64,000 bases of DNA, taken from assembly GCA_977030845.1 (NCBI GenBank), contig OZ365114.1, positions 21,824,001 to 21,888,000 of the forward strand, read 5' to 3'. Position numbers and translations under genes: made by a program. The notes below the pieces were generated by a model that worked only from the letters and a program-made list of their open reading frames with translations, made no database searches and was not told the origin of the DNA. Below are positions 23,820 to 37,300 of this stretch, one piece after another (positions within the stretch are counted from its first letter, which is position 1; every line of letters starts with the position of its first letter). The DNA is from Fimbriosthenelais zetlandica (Eukaryota).

Positions 23820-26652
23820 AGATCCGAGACAAAACCAACTTCACTATAAGGTTTCCATTAAGCGAAATGTGAGCAAACAAAAAGAACGCTGCACATGTTT
23901 TGCCAAATACATCTCATGGAAACATCTTAAGGAAAATGTGTCCACATAATGGTCGGAGGCGTGAATTTCCTGCCTAACAAGGCCTATTGTTCACCCATTG
24001 GTTTTGCATCACTAAAAATAAAGAAGACAGACGTACATTGCAGATATGCAATTCCTAACAATGCGTCATTTATGCATCAGAAATGGAACTAAGAACAATT
24101 GAGGCAACTGCCTGTATTATTGTTCTGCTGCTGATGGCATATATTGAGGCTGCCACCTTCTGTATAGCCTGCCTCTGTCTTATTAGGCTTAGATCATCGA
24201 GGCTACACATGCCTATAGGAAACATAGGGAATAGTGTGGAGGTACATTAGTCTGGGGATTAAATATGGAGCTGAAAGACTGTCAGAAAGTGGGGTGATGC
24301 ATGGCATTTACAATACATCAGCTAATGAAGCAGTTTCCGGTACCTATTCACCACCTCCACGACCTCATCTGTGTTACCATTTGTGTGGCTGGCATTGTTG
24401 CCATGACTACCCAGCTGAACCCTCCACCAATTGACAATGGTTACAGCTACAGTTTCTACAGTACCAAACTTTAATGGCAAGATTAACCCGTGAAGCAAGT
24501 GACGATGCATGTATACTGCACATTGCAATCGTGAATCATTCTTTTTGTTCTGTCTGTAGGAATGGGGGAATCGCTACGAAACAGGAAATCGATAGAATCC
24601 TCAATTTTCATGACTAAATGCATTAGTATGCAGACCTCTGAAACGCGTACACATTTACTGTCAAATTGAGAACGCAAAACGGCCATCCTTCCACTTGTCA
24701 GCCTCCAAGCCACAGAGAGTCGTGTTGAAGTAAAAACTGTCATGGTTTGGGAATATTGGAATGGAGCTAAATGTTTCAAATAATATGACAGGTCCATCAT
24801 CTGAGAAATGAACTGATCCATATCACATTTGAATTTATAAATCAATTTTCATGAAATGAAATCTTCCAAATTCTGGAAAGAAGCTGATGCAGAGGCAATC
24901 TGTCCCCTGCGGAAGTTCCGAGTGTCAAGAGCCAGAGGTCTGTATAGAAAACTGTCCCAAGAATATTCTGAGCCTTACGTAGAAATAAATAAGGTAGCCA
25001 GTGTTTAGAGATGAAAAAGAGCAGGTAGAGTACTATAGTGACGTAGATATCATTGTTCATGAACCCACTGAGTGGCGCCACGGACATCTCACTACACCAT
25101 CGATCCATGGACGTACATTTCTGTTCTTGGTAGATAAGAAGGGATTAGTATTGTGTTCTGATCCATCACGTCTTGGGCTTGAGAAAAGAAGAGTGATTGA
25201 TTGATGGGTGTGGAATTAATTTGTGAGATTATTATAGAATGGGCTTATTATCTTCAATACATGATGGCTCCCTCAGTCGGTGGATACATGGATGGGCAGG
25301 CCTGAGAAGTGTGGGTATGCAAGAGGTCCACAACCATTAATTGCGCTCCAAGGTCGAGTATTATCATAGGAGTTCCTCACCATATACGATGGTCTGATGG
25401 CATCAGATATTTTAAAGGTAGGATGCGCTAAATGAAAATTTATAGATCCAGCATAAATAAGCCGACTAGGAGCAATATGAACTGGGTCAAAGCCAATCAG
25501 TTTTTGGCTTTCACAACCCAGTCTGACAAGAGACAAGAATTGATCTGTTCAGCTCAAGTGATGCTTTAAAGCAGGCAGCATCCCGTGCTATCTGCCTACT
25601 GTGGTGAACAGATACAGCCAGGCTTTAAACCACTATATAGGGTACAGGACGACACATGGAGCAGAAAAAAAACACAGTTTCAACCTCACAGAGGCGAATG
25701 GGTTTGAACTGCTGCAGCCTCCAGTCTTGGTTCCTCCAGAGAGAAGGTGGCCAAATTTTATAAAGCCCCACGAAATCGGATCTTTTAAAGCGAGTTTATC
25801 ATTCTACTTTAAATACAAATAAATGGAGACACTCTTGAGAGAACGAGTCATATAAGAAGCATCAATTAGCAGCCACAAATGTAATCACTGCCAATCTGGA
25901 TGTAGCGTTGAATGCTGAATCCTTCCTATGTGTTGCCCCCATGAAAGCAAGAAATTTATGGCTGTAAAGAAGAAACTGAGACCCAGTATTTGCTATGGCT
26001 CAGGCAGATGCATCCATAGGAGAGCTCATGTCTCCTAAGCAAGTTATTTTGTGAGGGTATTGGCAAGGTTAGCAATCCCTTTGAATGTTTCCCAATACCC
26101 AATACAAAATTCCAAGAAGAAAATAAGGGCCTAAATTATACACATCACCACATTGCTGTTCTTCCACAAATCCTGGGAGAATATTATTCGCCGTTTTCAT
26201 TTGACTTCAGTCGGTCTGTTCTATGGAGAACTGGGAAAAATTCCTTTGACTAGAACAAGTCTACAGGACCCCTTGATAAAGCCCTCTATCCCCACCCCAG
26301 CTTAGCGTCTGAATTAGGATGCAGCAATGTTGTGTAAACTATCAGCGTGTGTACAATGGAAGCGACTGTTCCTAATCCTCCACTAAGCCTGATCCAGGCA
26401 TGGATTATCGGGCTCGTGTGTGCATTCTTAACTGTCTGGAGCATCATTGATAACATGGGTCTAAACATTCATCAGACAGTAGTAAGTGGCCATCAAGCCA
26501 CTAGGGCCAGCTAGTTTACAGCTAGTCGAGTCAGGGGGCGCCACTGAGGAGGCTGTAGAAATACAGGAGGACAGCCATTAAAACTGGTGGGCAGGACAGG
26601 GCAGGACAAGGATAGGCCTACACATGAACACAATAACACGTTGGTCCTTTTA

Positions 26653-26767
26653 GTGTTTTTGTCTTAGCATACATTTGCAATTTTGAAAAATAGTCTCGTG
26701 TTTTTGTCTTGGGATACATTTGCAATTTTGAATAGAATTCTCATCAATTTTGAATAAAATTCTCATC
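26653..26767 (+). repeat. Nested short tandem duplications
   Basis: A 35-bp unit at 26653-26687 and 26698-26732 (2 mismatches, period 45) overlaps a 22-bp unit at 26724-26745 and 26746-26767 (1 mismatch). Confidence 0.9.
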
Positions 26768-27985
26768 ATATTTCTAAAACAAGAATGGCGACATGAATCC
26801 AGCAGGGGATTGGGGAGCACTTGAGTCGTCAATATCCGCGGCTTGGATTCCCTCCTTGAAGCCAATCCCAATCACCATTGCCCACGATTGATATGATCCA
26901 TACCTCAGTATTTACATGCCTCATTCTGATTCATGCTTAATAAAGGAGGACACCTAGATCCCTATCTCTTACAGACAACCCAGCTTTATGTTTCATTTTA
27001 TGGCTCCTAAACTTCAATCAGGGCTTCTCTAGGCTGGGCTGCGTCTCTGGTATAGGGTGAGCTGCTGCTCGGAGCAGCTCAAGCCTTTGTACTCTAACCT
27101 TGGTCTAATGATGCCATGGAGGGAGGTGAGGGGGTTAATTTGAGGGGCTGGGTGGATGTTTAAGCATCACGTCATGAGGCTATCAGCTATTATAGTGGAG
27201 GCCTGGGTTTATAGTGAGGTGGCATGGTAACGGGAGGAAGGCCTGTGACCTCTATCACCAGAGGTCAATCATCCTAATCAAGCGCTCAATCACTAGACGG
27301 TAGTCCTTCTTGTCTATGTGTCTTAACTTGGTGCTCTATCAATTTGTCGAAGGCGCTGAATAACGTAGAACCTTAGTTCTGCAATTGCGCCGCATTTAAA
27401 CCACACTTTTTATACTACTTACGTGGTTCCAACATATCATATGACACCAAGATATTAAATACGTTTCGAAGGAGAAATATAACACTAATTTAAGACAGTA
27501 AAGTTAAACTCTTATTACTTTTCTTCACTGTGCATCAGTGTCCATAAAACCCCATATTTAAGTCTATTTTAAGACATTTTAAAATCTTTTGCCAGTTTCA
27601 ATAATGTCCGCGTGGAGTGGCGTTCGCAGCGGACATTGGATGAACTAGGCGCACATTTCTAGTAGTGATGGACGATATCACCAGATGGGGTGGCGGTGGA
27701 CGAGTGCTCGCAGGAAGAGAGAGAAGCTCAGCACCTGGCTGCACATCGCCAACACAAGTCTTGGTATATAACTAAAAGCATAACTAAATGGGAAAGTATT
27801 GATGAAAAACCCTGACAACTAGGCAGATATGTGGATTTCGCGTCATAAAATTAGATATTCTTATTGAGATAAAAAGCCCAAGGGTGCTGAAATATGAACA
27901 TGCTTAATGCTACTATATGAATATGCTACTTTTCTGGAATTATATGAAATGATTAGATTAATGAATCTAATATCAGTAGACCTAC

Positions 27986-28198
27986 CTGTGCCTCATTGAG
28001 CATCTTTTTCAGCATGTTCACCTCCTCGCGGAGTTCTCGGATGATCCGGGCATTAGGATCTTCATTGACCACGGCGTGGTTGACGATGCGTTTAGCGCGG
28101 TCAGCATAGCGCAGGGTGGACAAGGTTTCCTCATAGTTATCAGCTGCTGGACTGAGCGTGGCTATCATGACGGTCTTACTGTTACCACCCAGGTTATC
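27986..28198 (-). CDS. KIF13: KIF13-type kinesin-3, internal exon (b8, a6, neck linker, neck coil)
   Basis: Translates [71 protein letters not shown]. 213 nt, acceptor ttacAG, donor GTaggt. [13 protein letters not shown] is characteristic of KIF13. Confidence 0.98.
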
Positions 28199-28409
28199 CT
28201 GTAACATGTAACAGTTATAATTAATACACAACACCTCAATGGCTGAATGCATCATTCAGATATTACCTATCTATGTTATAGAGGAAATTATATTAATTTA
28301 TTGAAGTTCTTTAGGAAAATACTTAGCTCAAACAGTTATTCTATTTTATTTTTTGAACAATAAATCAATAAGTTATTTTGTAAAATTAATGACCAGTAAG
28401 ATGCCGCAC

Positions 28410-28524
28410 CTTGAGCAGCCATGTTAGGACTGAGTTTCTGTAGGGGACGAACTTGTTGCCTTTGTTATCAATAGGAGCCTGGTCAGCCAGGGCTGAGATG
28501 ACCAGACTCAGGGTGGTCAGTGAC
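28410..28524 (-). CDS. KIF13: KIF13-type kinesin-3, internal exon (helix a4, loop 12, a5)
   Basis: Translates (K)[38 protein letters not shown]. 115 nt, acceptor ttgacAG, donor GTgcgg. In frame with both neighbouring exons. Confidence 0.96.
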
Positions 28525-31448
28525 CTGTCAACAACAAAATATCAAATATAGTAAAACATTTTTGGTGCCATCCTCGATACCAATCATTCTAGCAGGCATA
28601 AAGGGATACTTTATTGAATGGTTTATATTACTTTCACACAAGGAGCCCCATGTGAGTGTGAGAGTCAGTTTTTTTCTCAGTAATAATTCTGGTGGCTAAA
28701 TAACGCGCGCAGACCGAGTGGTGGGCTGTTTTTTCCAGGTCAGCAGACTGTTAAGATGTGGCGCCGGTAGATCAGTCAGGCAACAACAGATTGTTTGTGG
28801 TTTACGTAAAAAGGTCAAAAGGCGATATAAAAAATTCGTTTCCAAATCATGCATAATATGAAGTCATGTTGTTCTTTCCATGTGAGAATGGCACATGGAC
28901 TCTGAATAATATCATAGAGTAAAATGATGCTGAACTTATATTCCAGTAGGGCTATTACATATTATATCACATAGATACAAAAAGACTTTTTAGAAGAATA
29001 AACAGGCTTAAATAACGCAATTAGACTTGAGGAAGAAAAAATGGGGTTACTCAACATACATGATTACAGGAAATTAAAAAAAAAATCTGTAAGTAATTAA
29101 GTTAAACATAAGTTTGTAATGCAATTAATGGAGCAGATCTTAAACTACAGGTTGGTATATATCGGGTCAGGGGGAGGCCTAATCTGAATTACATGCATAT
29201 TTATAACCTGTAATTTTGGTTTTAAGACCAAGATAATAACAAGAAGAACGAGTTTGTATGTTTAGACATGGTCTATTGCCATACATTAGAGCATGTGGGA
29301 TCCAGGCATGGGGCGGGGAGCCCACCTCTGATACATCATCAAAGACACAAGTCTCAGTAATTAGCTATAAATACACCTTCCTGGGGGCATATATACATGT
29401 AATCATACCACCCTATACTAAACTCACCATCAAAGACACATCCTATCACACCAAGAGAGTAGAGTCTTCCCCTCTTCTGATCTAACAATATATCCCTTTT
29501 AATCGGGAAAACATTTGATTCGACATCATCAAATGGCGAGGGTAAATCACAGGGGAGGGCTAACATGATGTTAGATAGAGGCTAGATGGCAATTTATATT
29601 TTTCCTATTTTTGTCTTTAGATGTCAAACAGATAGCTGAGTGTATGTCTGATACATCAGGTGTACATGCTTACAATCAGTGACATAAGACATTCCCTGTC
29701 TTCTTACAGACAAATGTTGCATCATTAAATACGGAGACAAAGTACAAAGGACAAGGATCTGGGATATAAGGGCAATTAGCCTTTGATGTTACATAAAACG
29801 TGGGCTAGATGTAATTCATGAGGTAGATGATCCTATTAATGGTCGTTAGATGAGGTTCTAGAGTGTATCATAACGTTTAGGTATATGAACACGAGACCTT
29901 AGACAAATCCACCAAGGATATTATAGCCCTACCCTGGCCAGGTGGGGAACTACCTAGTGAAACTGTATCACTCAAATAATGTGGGGAAATCCTGTGTAAT
30001 ATTCAAGATTCTATTACTATTGTATTGGGTGGTGGCAATATTATGAATTCTTGATTATTATGAAATGATAAAACTGCAAAAATGAACGTATTATTCTGAA
30101 TCCTATCAGGTTTAATTTCCTGATGAAAATTGTTTCAAATATCGCGACAAAACAATAATTGGGGACATACCCTCTGATTAAATATGAGACATAACATGTC
30201 AGAAATAAAGGGAAATGTTGCTATAATATAATATTGGTTTTTCAAGTGGGATATGTGAATAGGATGTGGCTATATATGGTGGAGGTGGGGAGGTGCAAGC
30301 ATAAAGTCATAGAACATTTTACAGGCACAGATCCCCACCACCAGTTACTCCACCCATCAAAACGCCCTTTTAAACCAGACCTGTTTTGTCTCTGTGGTGG
30401 GGACCGCATGTTTTTATGCCCAGGCCTCTTGGACAGCTGGGCTAAAATGGAAGTTTGCATCCCTCGGTATGGTTATAGGACTTCATCATGCTACCCACCC
30501 TCACCCACTCACTGCATGGCAGCGTGAGAACAAACCATTGTTTTGAAATATTTCCCTTTTGAACTTATAATTTCAAAACATGTCTGTTGGACTTTCTATT
30601 ATATTTTCCAAACATTTGATAAGTTTATTAATTCCTTTGTTATTTCCACTCTCTATAACCATCTGACATTCAAGTATTCAGTATTCAGTTCAAATTCCAG
30701 AACCAATCCTTCATCAAGTACAATTTTGATCTCAGATATGCTGACAATGAAAGATCAGAGAGATCAGGTTTCAGAGAACAAAAAGTGTCCGCGATCAAGT
30801 AGCAATGACAGTGTCGGAGTCTTTGACAACAATATACACGTCTTGACCGACCAGTGGACAAGCTACTATTAAATACTATTACTATTAGCTACTATTTAAA
30901 TGTAACCCACACCGCAATGTACCCCATTATCGGCATCAGGGACTTGTATTCAATTTCTTAATGTTTGCATATAAATAGGACCAGTGATAGGACCAAGAAA
31001 TGAAAGTGTCCAGAACAAATACTTTGAGTCTTTAGGGTATTGACTAAAAGAACATTCAGTTACAGTTCCTGCTTTGTTGCCAATAGTTTTTGTCTTCTTC
31101 AGTCACTTGTTGTGAATGTTAGCTTACGGTGTCCTTTTGAGAGTAGGTTTTGTCCAAAAACTAGTACTCCGACTACAGTATTTCAAACTAGATTTTTTAG
31201 AATTCTACAGCAGTGCTATGAGAACGAACTTGGAATGAACCTAGTTATTATTATCTATAATATTATTCAGTGTATTAATTTAAGTAATTTGTATCCAGGT
31301 TTCATAATGGAATTTTGTGTTGAGTAAAAACCTAGAAGCTGGGAGTTACATTTTATACAGTACATTATTATATACTGAGTCATTATTTGTACGTCCTCAC
31401 AGAGAGTAACTCATGGTGAGTGGGCGTTATTATTGAGAGGAATCTTAC

Positions 31449-31561
31449 TTGTTAATATTGGATCCCTCTTTCAGCCGTTCGCCCACTGCGCCGGTCTTCT
31501 GTGCCCGCTCGGATCCAGCCAGGTCGACCAGCGACATTTTGGCCACCTTTTCTCCCGACAC
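31449..31561 (-). CDS. KIF13: KIF13-type kinesin-3, internal exon (switch II / loop 11 of the motor domain)
   Basis: Minus-strand translation [37 protein letters not shown](K) contains the kinesin DLAGSE motif. 113 nt, acceptor ttttctAG, donor GTaaga. Ends in phase 2 and joins the phase-matched next exon (AA+G = Lys). Confidence 0.97.
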
Positions 31562-34339
31562 CTAGAAAATCAAAGCAGAAAGAGAAAATTAAAATGAGGA
31601 CTCCTTGAAAAAACATCTTGTGCTGCGATTAAAGGAATAAAGACCAGAATAAAGTTGATAACTATGATAATATATACTCCTTCTGAACAACTCTCCTTTC
31701 TTCATAATTGGTTTGTTGCAAAATAATAAACGAAAATCTCACTTGACTTGAATTGCATGAACACATAGTACACAGGCAGCAGCAGTAACACACAAGCATA
31801 TCGCTGGAATCAATAGTAACAATTTTCCTTCGAACAGGTTGGTCATCTGTTGCTCTAGAATTTGATCATAATTTTGGAGGACTATGTGAAAGATAAAAGA
31901 GCAAAAATGTATACCCAAAAGTGAAATGATTTTTTAAGCTTTTTGAGTAGGAGAATGTTCAAACAATGGAAAATCGTTTCGGTAGAGCCCAAGAAGCATC
32001 TTGAAAACTTAGCTCATCAACATCATTATCATCTTCACACTTAAAATGCATCCAGATAAGCTCCAGGAGCTTGACACCAGGTCACTCCACCAGCAGCACT
32101 CTAACACATCACTGATGCATTCTCTCATATAAATACAGATCTGCAAATTCAATATCCTTAAAAACTAGGACTATCGATATGATTAGTCCCAAGGCTTTTC
32201 ATTCATTGTCCAACCAACAACTAGTCTCGTTGGTCAATCTCTGCAGTCCTTTCTGTTCAACATGCAAAGCTCTGCTTTTCAAAACTCTTGATAACATCCC
32301 TAATAGCAGATCCCTCAGCAAACAACCAAATCAAATCAAACACAAGCTCAGAGTGAAGACAGATTGGAGGAGACATATTAGTATTTAATTTCAGGTATTA
32401 TATGATATCAATAAACAATTCAGGGAAAATATATGAAGTTTTTGCGACCAAGTGGGCCTGGATATAGTCTAAACTTCATGTCCTTAATTCACTGAGAGGG
32501 CAGCAGAGAACATGGAGACGTTTTTCGGGGGAAAGGAAACAGTAGATAGAGAGAGTAGGCCTGTAGTGCTCACAGCGCATGCCCGTGGCTTCACCGGAAC
32601 CACAATCTTACCCCAGGGATGATCTGTCGTGGGAGGGAAAATGCAAAACATGTTAAAATTAACCTATAGTAACGGGTGGAATGGGCTCCACGTGGGAGCC
32701 GCCACAGAGTGTGAAGACCTCCTGATAGGAAGAATTGTCAAAAGTAATAAAGATCGTCCCCAGGAAGGGAGAGAAGACTCCAATGTGAGGGACTATTCTT
32801 AGAAAATTTATCAACACTATGGAAAGAATTAGAACCTTAAAAATAGAATCTGAGAAGTCTGGGATCATGGAAATTAATATAAGTTAATGTGGCTAAAACA
32901 ATGGGAAAGCCCATGCATGTTTCCCACGCCTATAGTTCAAGGTGTCTGGCCACACGATAATATTTTAGATACTTCTTAGAAATCATGATTTTATCAATGT
33001 TACCCGATTTTTTTTTTATATTAAGTGATTTATGTTGACCATAAACATCGCTTAAAATAATATAATATGCTATTTTCAGCCACTCCGGTTAAAAATCACA
33101 TGTGTGCATCCCCGAATGATCCAATATTCAATAGACTGAATGTAATAAAGAGCTTGGTAAAGAGCAATAGAATATTCATCATCAAATTAGCCAGACATGT
33201 AGCATGGAGGGAATTAATAAAGCAATCAACTGGACTGTCACAGTCACACAGATCTCTATAGTGAAACAGGCTGTGACACCTGTAGGTCACGTGATATCAG
33301 CTGATTTGGGACATGACCTGCGATGACCTGACCGTGAGGGGTCATGACAAGAACACCACGTGCTTCAACATTGTCTCCAATCATATTGCGAGGGTGCTTC
33401 CATCCCCCCTTTGTTCTCTCCATTATCATGAGGGTATCAGCAACATAGCTGGCACCCTGCCCACACCCTACTATCCCTGATATTAATGCGTCCACCAGGC
33501 ATTATCAAGCCAGTAGCATTATGTCAATTTGTATGACCCCAGGTCAGAAATGTTTGGAGAAATTCAGGTGATAACTGCTCAAAAGTTTCCACCCAATTAA
33601 ACTCAAAATTAGCTCAACTATAGAGTATGGGAATATGGAGTACCGTAGAGACATGGCAATACATGATCAATGTACCTTCTATGGGAAAACGTCAAGAACC
33701 CTAAACATAATCAGCCACTGATACACCCACATTCATGTACATTACAGTTTGGGTATATTGTCTTCGTGTCGTAATGCTTTAAACTATTTTCTGGCGCCAT
33801 GGTAAAGGTACATGATTGATAAACCAATGAAACATGCATTTATGGCATGTAGTCACATTTGGTTTCAATGCCAGCAAAATTTTAACATGCATATTTAATG
33901 TTCTTAACAGCTTGGTGTGACGCAGTATTAGGTTAATGCACGTCTACGATAGGGTATCCATATCAGATATCAGATTATGTGCAAACAGAAACATCAATAT
34001 GCAGAGGTAATTACCCCAATTGCAAGAATTGGGTTCAATTTTCATTTGCAGTTGTTTTAAAGGGCATTTCAAGGTGACTTCATTATGTATTCGCCAACAA
34101 TATAAGAATGGCCAAACCCTTAACATGCAAACCCTCTTGTCGCCAAGCCCCCATCAATTATTTGGGTGGTCTGAGAGAGGCCAAGGGCTTGCCAGCACAC
34201 CCCAAAACCAGCAGCCATAAAACAGTTATACGTGTTCCCTGCCCAATAAAGCATGTACTGGGCGACCCACGATATGGCCTCATCGATTTCAACCTCTGTG
34301 GTATCCTGTATTTACAGCAGGATGCCTGTTAGAGCGATG

Positions 34340-34387
34340 TCGAATCATCCAGATTAACGAGGTTCAGATTAACGAGGTCTGACTGTA
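34340..34387 (+). mobile_element. Possible orphan MITE/Tc1-mariner-pogo-type terminus
   Basis: agattaacgaggttc/agattaacgaggtct tandem followed by gactgTA resembles the '...cgaggttcgactgTA' ends of TA-targeting MITEs. No partner terminal repeat was found by eye. Confidence 0.3.
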
Positions 34388-37300
34388 TTTGGTAGGATCT
34401 ACAGAGAATTGAAACTATAGACTATGGAAATAGAGTAGGGGAGAAATATGATGGAGGGAGAATTCACGTCAATGTCCAAGATAATAACATAAAAGAGGAC
34501 TTATATAATATATGAAAGTTGATATAAAGATACTCAACTTCAAATTATTCATAAAATATTTCAATGAAAATAGGTAACATTTTAATGAGTGTAGGGGAGG
34601 GGAGTATGGGGAAGGTAAGTGAGAGGGTATGTGTCGTGAACACATGTATAGTGGAGGCATTGTTAGGGATTTAATACATCATTAATTGTTCCCCCACAGA
34701 GTAACATAGGCACACAGTGAATGAGGAGTGGGCGGGTAAACTAACATTATTCATACCACACGTTTTTTCATTGTTATTATACCCGATGGGGAATAAAGAA
34801 GATCCGACCCATCCTCCACTTTTAGTGCCTTGTTCTGGTCTTTATCAAATGCCAGAGTCTATATATAAGGGGATATATGGGGAATTCTTGCTAACTATAG
34901 ACTACTAGTTTGGTAAAGATCTATCAATTTACTGCGAGAATGGAAAAGTGCTGTGATGATCCTAACCCAGCGAAGGAAATGCCTTCAACATATATCATTT
35001 ATGTTTTTCAACCTGAATATTATAGCACCAAACATGTCTCAAATGATCGCGAAAACATGGACAGCAGAATGTGGTATGTCCACAAATAATCTACATTCAA
35101 ATCAAAACAGTAGGTGCATCATAAATATTTGGCGCCGTGCTGGGTGCCTAGCCCCTATTAACCTTTCATCAACCTGAATTAATGCTAACAAATGATATAC
35201 TCCACCGATACACCACACCCAACCATACACCCACTACACAAAACCATTACCTCAGAAATGTTTTTTGAGGCAAATTACTACCAAATACAAAGGTTGTCTT
35301 TGTATATGAACAGAATGAACCTAGATAAATGCCAACCCAAACAGAGAGTGCTGGCCATGTTAGAGGTGACCTTCCCATGGGTACACCTGTGCCCTTATAG
35401 GACTAGATGAGATTGGGGTTTGTGGCTAGGGGGTGCGGGAAGGGCAGGTGTGGTACACAATAAACTGATTCAATGTCTTCCCAAACAACAAAGTTTATCT
35501 GACCACATCCTGAAAGCCCTGGAGGAGACAACTCGCTGGTTTCTCTGACCACAATCTACCTCATCTACCTCTCACCAACGAGTATAGATACTCGTTGCTC
35601 TCACTTTCTCCCCTCAGGCGGGAACTAAAGAGAACCCAAAGCAATATTATGACATCCCAGGCTCACAAGCATACTAAACAATTAAGCGTACGTAGCTTTT
35701 TCCTTAACTGACAGTAACTCTCTTTGTTCATTTAAGAAGCCTCGAACCTTTTTCTCAGCTATGTATATTACAGGAAAACGTCAGAGGTACATGTATAGTG
35801 GAAAAAAGAGAACATTAGGCCATCTGCACACTTCCAATCTTGACACATACTAATGTAAAATATACTCAGTACAGGTGTAGCAACTTCAAACGGCCTGTAT
35901 ATTCAATATTTATCATGATATTTATGATGATGGCTTATTAAATACCGTAATTTGGAAATTGAATATAATTGGAAGTTTAAGTACTGGAGTGATATATACG
36001 TTTGATGGGTGATTATTTTCCGGGCTGCACTTTGCCATTTGGGCTAGCAATTACCAATTAGAGCTAGCGGATGTGAAGGGGACACAGATAATACGAAAGT
36101 GTTTGCTTCTGACATATCACGGCCTCCCCACACATGCACAGACACTCTCTCACACACTCACACTACACCATTTTGACATTTATCCAAATATTGCCCCAAG
36201 CCAAACAAAAAATAAAAGCAAAAAACAACACTTTTATATGGTACGGGGTCATCATCATGTAGTTGGGATGGAGCAGAACAATTCCCCTTAATCCTCAAAC
36301 TTTTTTCATTCTATAAGTCTCCCGCAACAACACAAATAAACCAGACCCATCTGTGGGCATATTATAACATTTATCCTCGCACTTGGGGATTACTGTTTGA
36401 CATTTGCATCTGTCAGACTGCATATACTTCGACATGGTCCACAAGCCAGAGGCTTGAAAAAATATAATGAAAAACAAAAAATTAAGAACAATTCAGTGGA
36501 AGCTTATTAAGAACGAGGGTGAGTCATATCTTAGCTGAGAGCACTATTGGCCTGCTCTAACACCGAGCCAAATGCCTGAGAGCTTCAAGTGAGAGAATTG
36601 AAACAGCAATTACTCGGCCTTTTCCAAAAGCAAATAATAGATGATTACCAGCCATTGATCAAAGTGGGATCGGGATGGAGTGAGTAAGGAGCGACGTTTT
36701 CTTGGCGGGTGGCTTGCTGTCCACACAGACTAATTTATGAGCATGACATGAGCGATGTTCTCCCTCTCTAAAGCCTGGGGGTCCAGGAGGGGGTCAAAGG
36801 TCAAAGTAATGGGGTCGAGGGTGACAATATTAGCGCATGATCAGCGTCAAGACTCCCAGGGCAGTCTGGAGGGGTGCATTAAGAGCAATCTATTTGATTT
36901 GGTGATAACATGGGTTGATTCAACGTCATGCAAAACACGATTAACAATCCAGAAATATTCATTTTTCTGTCTTATTAAAAAGGCTAACATTTCTGTGGAT
37001 TTTCAATCATCTGAGACCAACTAACTCCCAAAAACCTGCGTCCATAACATACAGCGCATATTCCTCCTTGAATGTCAGAGAAAATCCATAAGAGGCATTG
37101 GTGGTAGGGATTTATCATTCGGCCGGCCTCCACTGTTTGGCCATTCTCCATTTGTATCATGGTTTTGGATGGTACAGAGACAGACCCACAAGCTTCCCTC
37201 CTCTCCCAACCAAGACTGATCACTTATGATTTGGCAGATTTTAGCTTTGGCATGAGATGGGTCTTACGAGGTGGAAGATTAGAGGAGGTGAGATGGGGCT

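Noticed and set aside
25040-25066. YSDVDIIV read as a nucleotidyltransferase (cGAS/OAS-like) motif
   Set aside because: The required upstream G[GS] motif and the rest of the fold signature are absent.
27953-28255. 100-aa ORF taken as a complete gene
   Set aside because: It is the 213-nt KIF13 exon plus intronic read-through on both sides.
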